Positions 63,499 to 64,000 of a stretch of DNA of 64,000 nt are shown piece by piece. The notes under the pieces are model-generated. The model had not been told where the DNA came from. It searched no databases and saw only the letters and a list, made by a program, of their open reading frames with translations. Each line of letters begins with the position of its first letter. The first letter of the stretch is position 1. Source of the stretch: the human T2T-CHM13v2.0 reference genome, Homo sapiens; the NCBI RefSeq assembly GCF_009914755.1, contig NC_060927.1; one strand, 5' to 3'. The translations under genes were made by a program, and so were the position numbers.

Positions 63499-64000
63499 AA
63501 AAGTAAAGTGATAAAAGTAGTGGTTGGTTTGCTGTGGGACACTTTAAAATATTCTTTTATAGCAAAATAAAACATAGTCAACTCTTTGTCAGTCCCCTAT
63601 TACAGGGATTTTAATGTTTTCCTCCTAAGTTTAAATGCCTAGAAGTCACTGTTTCAGCCCAACTAGTTGTCTCATAAGGTTAGTCGGTAACTTAGGAATA
63701 CACAACTTTAAAAATGTTGCTTAACCCAAATTTTGTTCTTAAACTGTTACTGGAAAATATAAAAAAGAAAGAGAGAGTTGAGTTTCATTATTTGTTAAAA
63801 TTAGCAAAATTTTATTTGTAGAGCTTCTTGGCCCTGAAATAACTGCAAATTTCCAAAGTTAGTCCTCACTCTGTATCCCTATCCGGTTCTGTGGCCTTAG
63901 ACAGGCAGAGATCCATGGTGTCCCCATGGGAATGCTGGCCCTTCTATATCAAAGAAGCATCATACAGAATAAAAGGTCCCTCAATGTGCCTCTCGGAAAG

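Overview
Primate genomic DNA, probably human or great ape (AluY/AluS/AluJ, L1PA, MaLR, ERVL, ERV1 and ERVK LTRs, MIR, L2, hAT relics). It is AT-rich, gene-poor and intergenic- or intron-like. I found no supportable protein-coding gene, RNA gene, CRISPR array or new biological system. The ORFs with recognisable homology are retroelement remnants, and the rest look like chance frames. Main landmarks: a rearranged ERVL provirus relic with head-to-head LTR33-like LTRs (2.5-5.2 kb), a 2.17-kb GC-rich MER52-family solo LTR with CTAG TSD (18439-20605), a full-length inactive L1PA4/5-like element with a 16-bp TSD and an apparent 3' transduction (33150-39374), a deeply nested old L1MC-type element (39.9-47.3 kb) and an LTR22/HML-5 solo LTR (59726-60216). 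Subfamily names come from recalled consensus sequences and need Dfam/RepeatMasker confirmation. Boundaries of old repeats are approximate.
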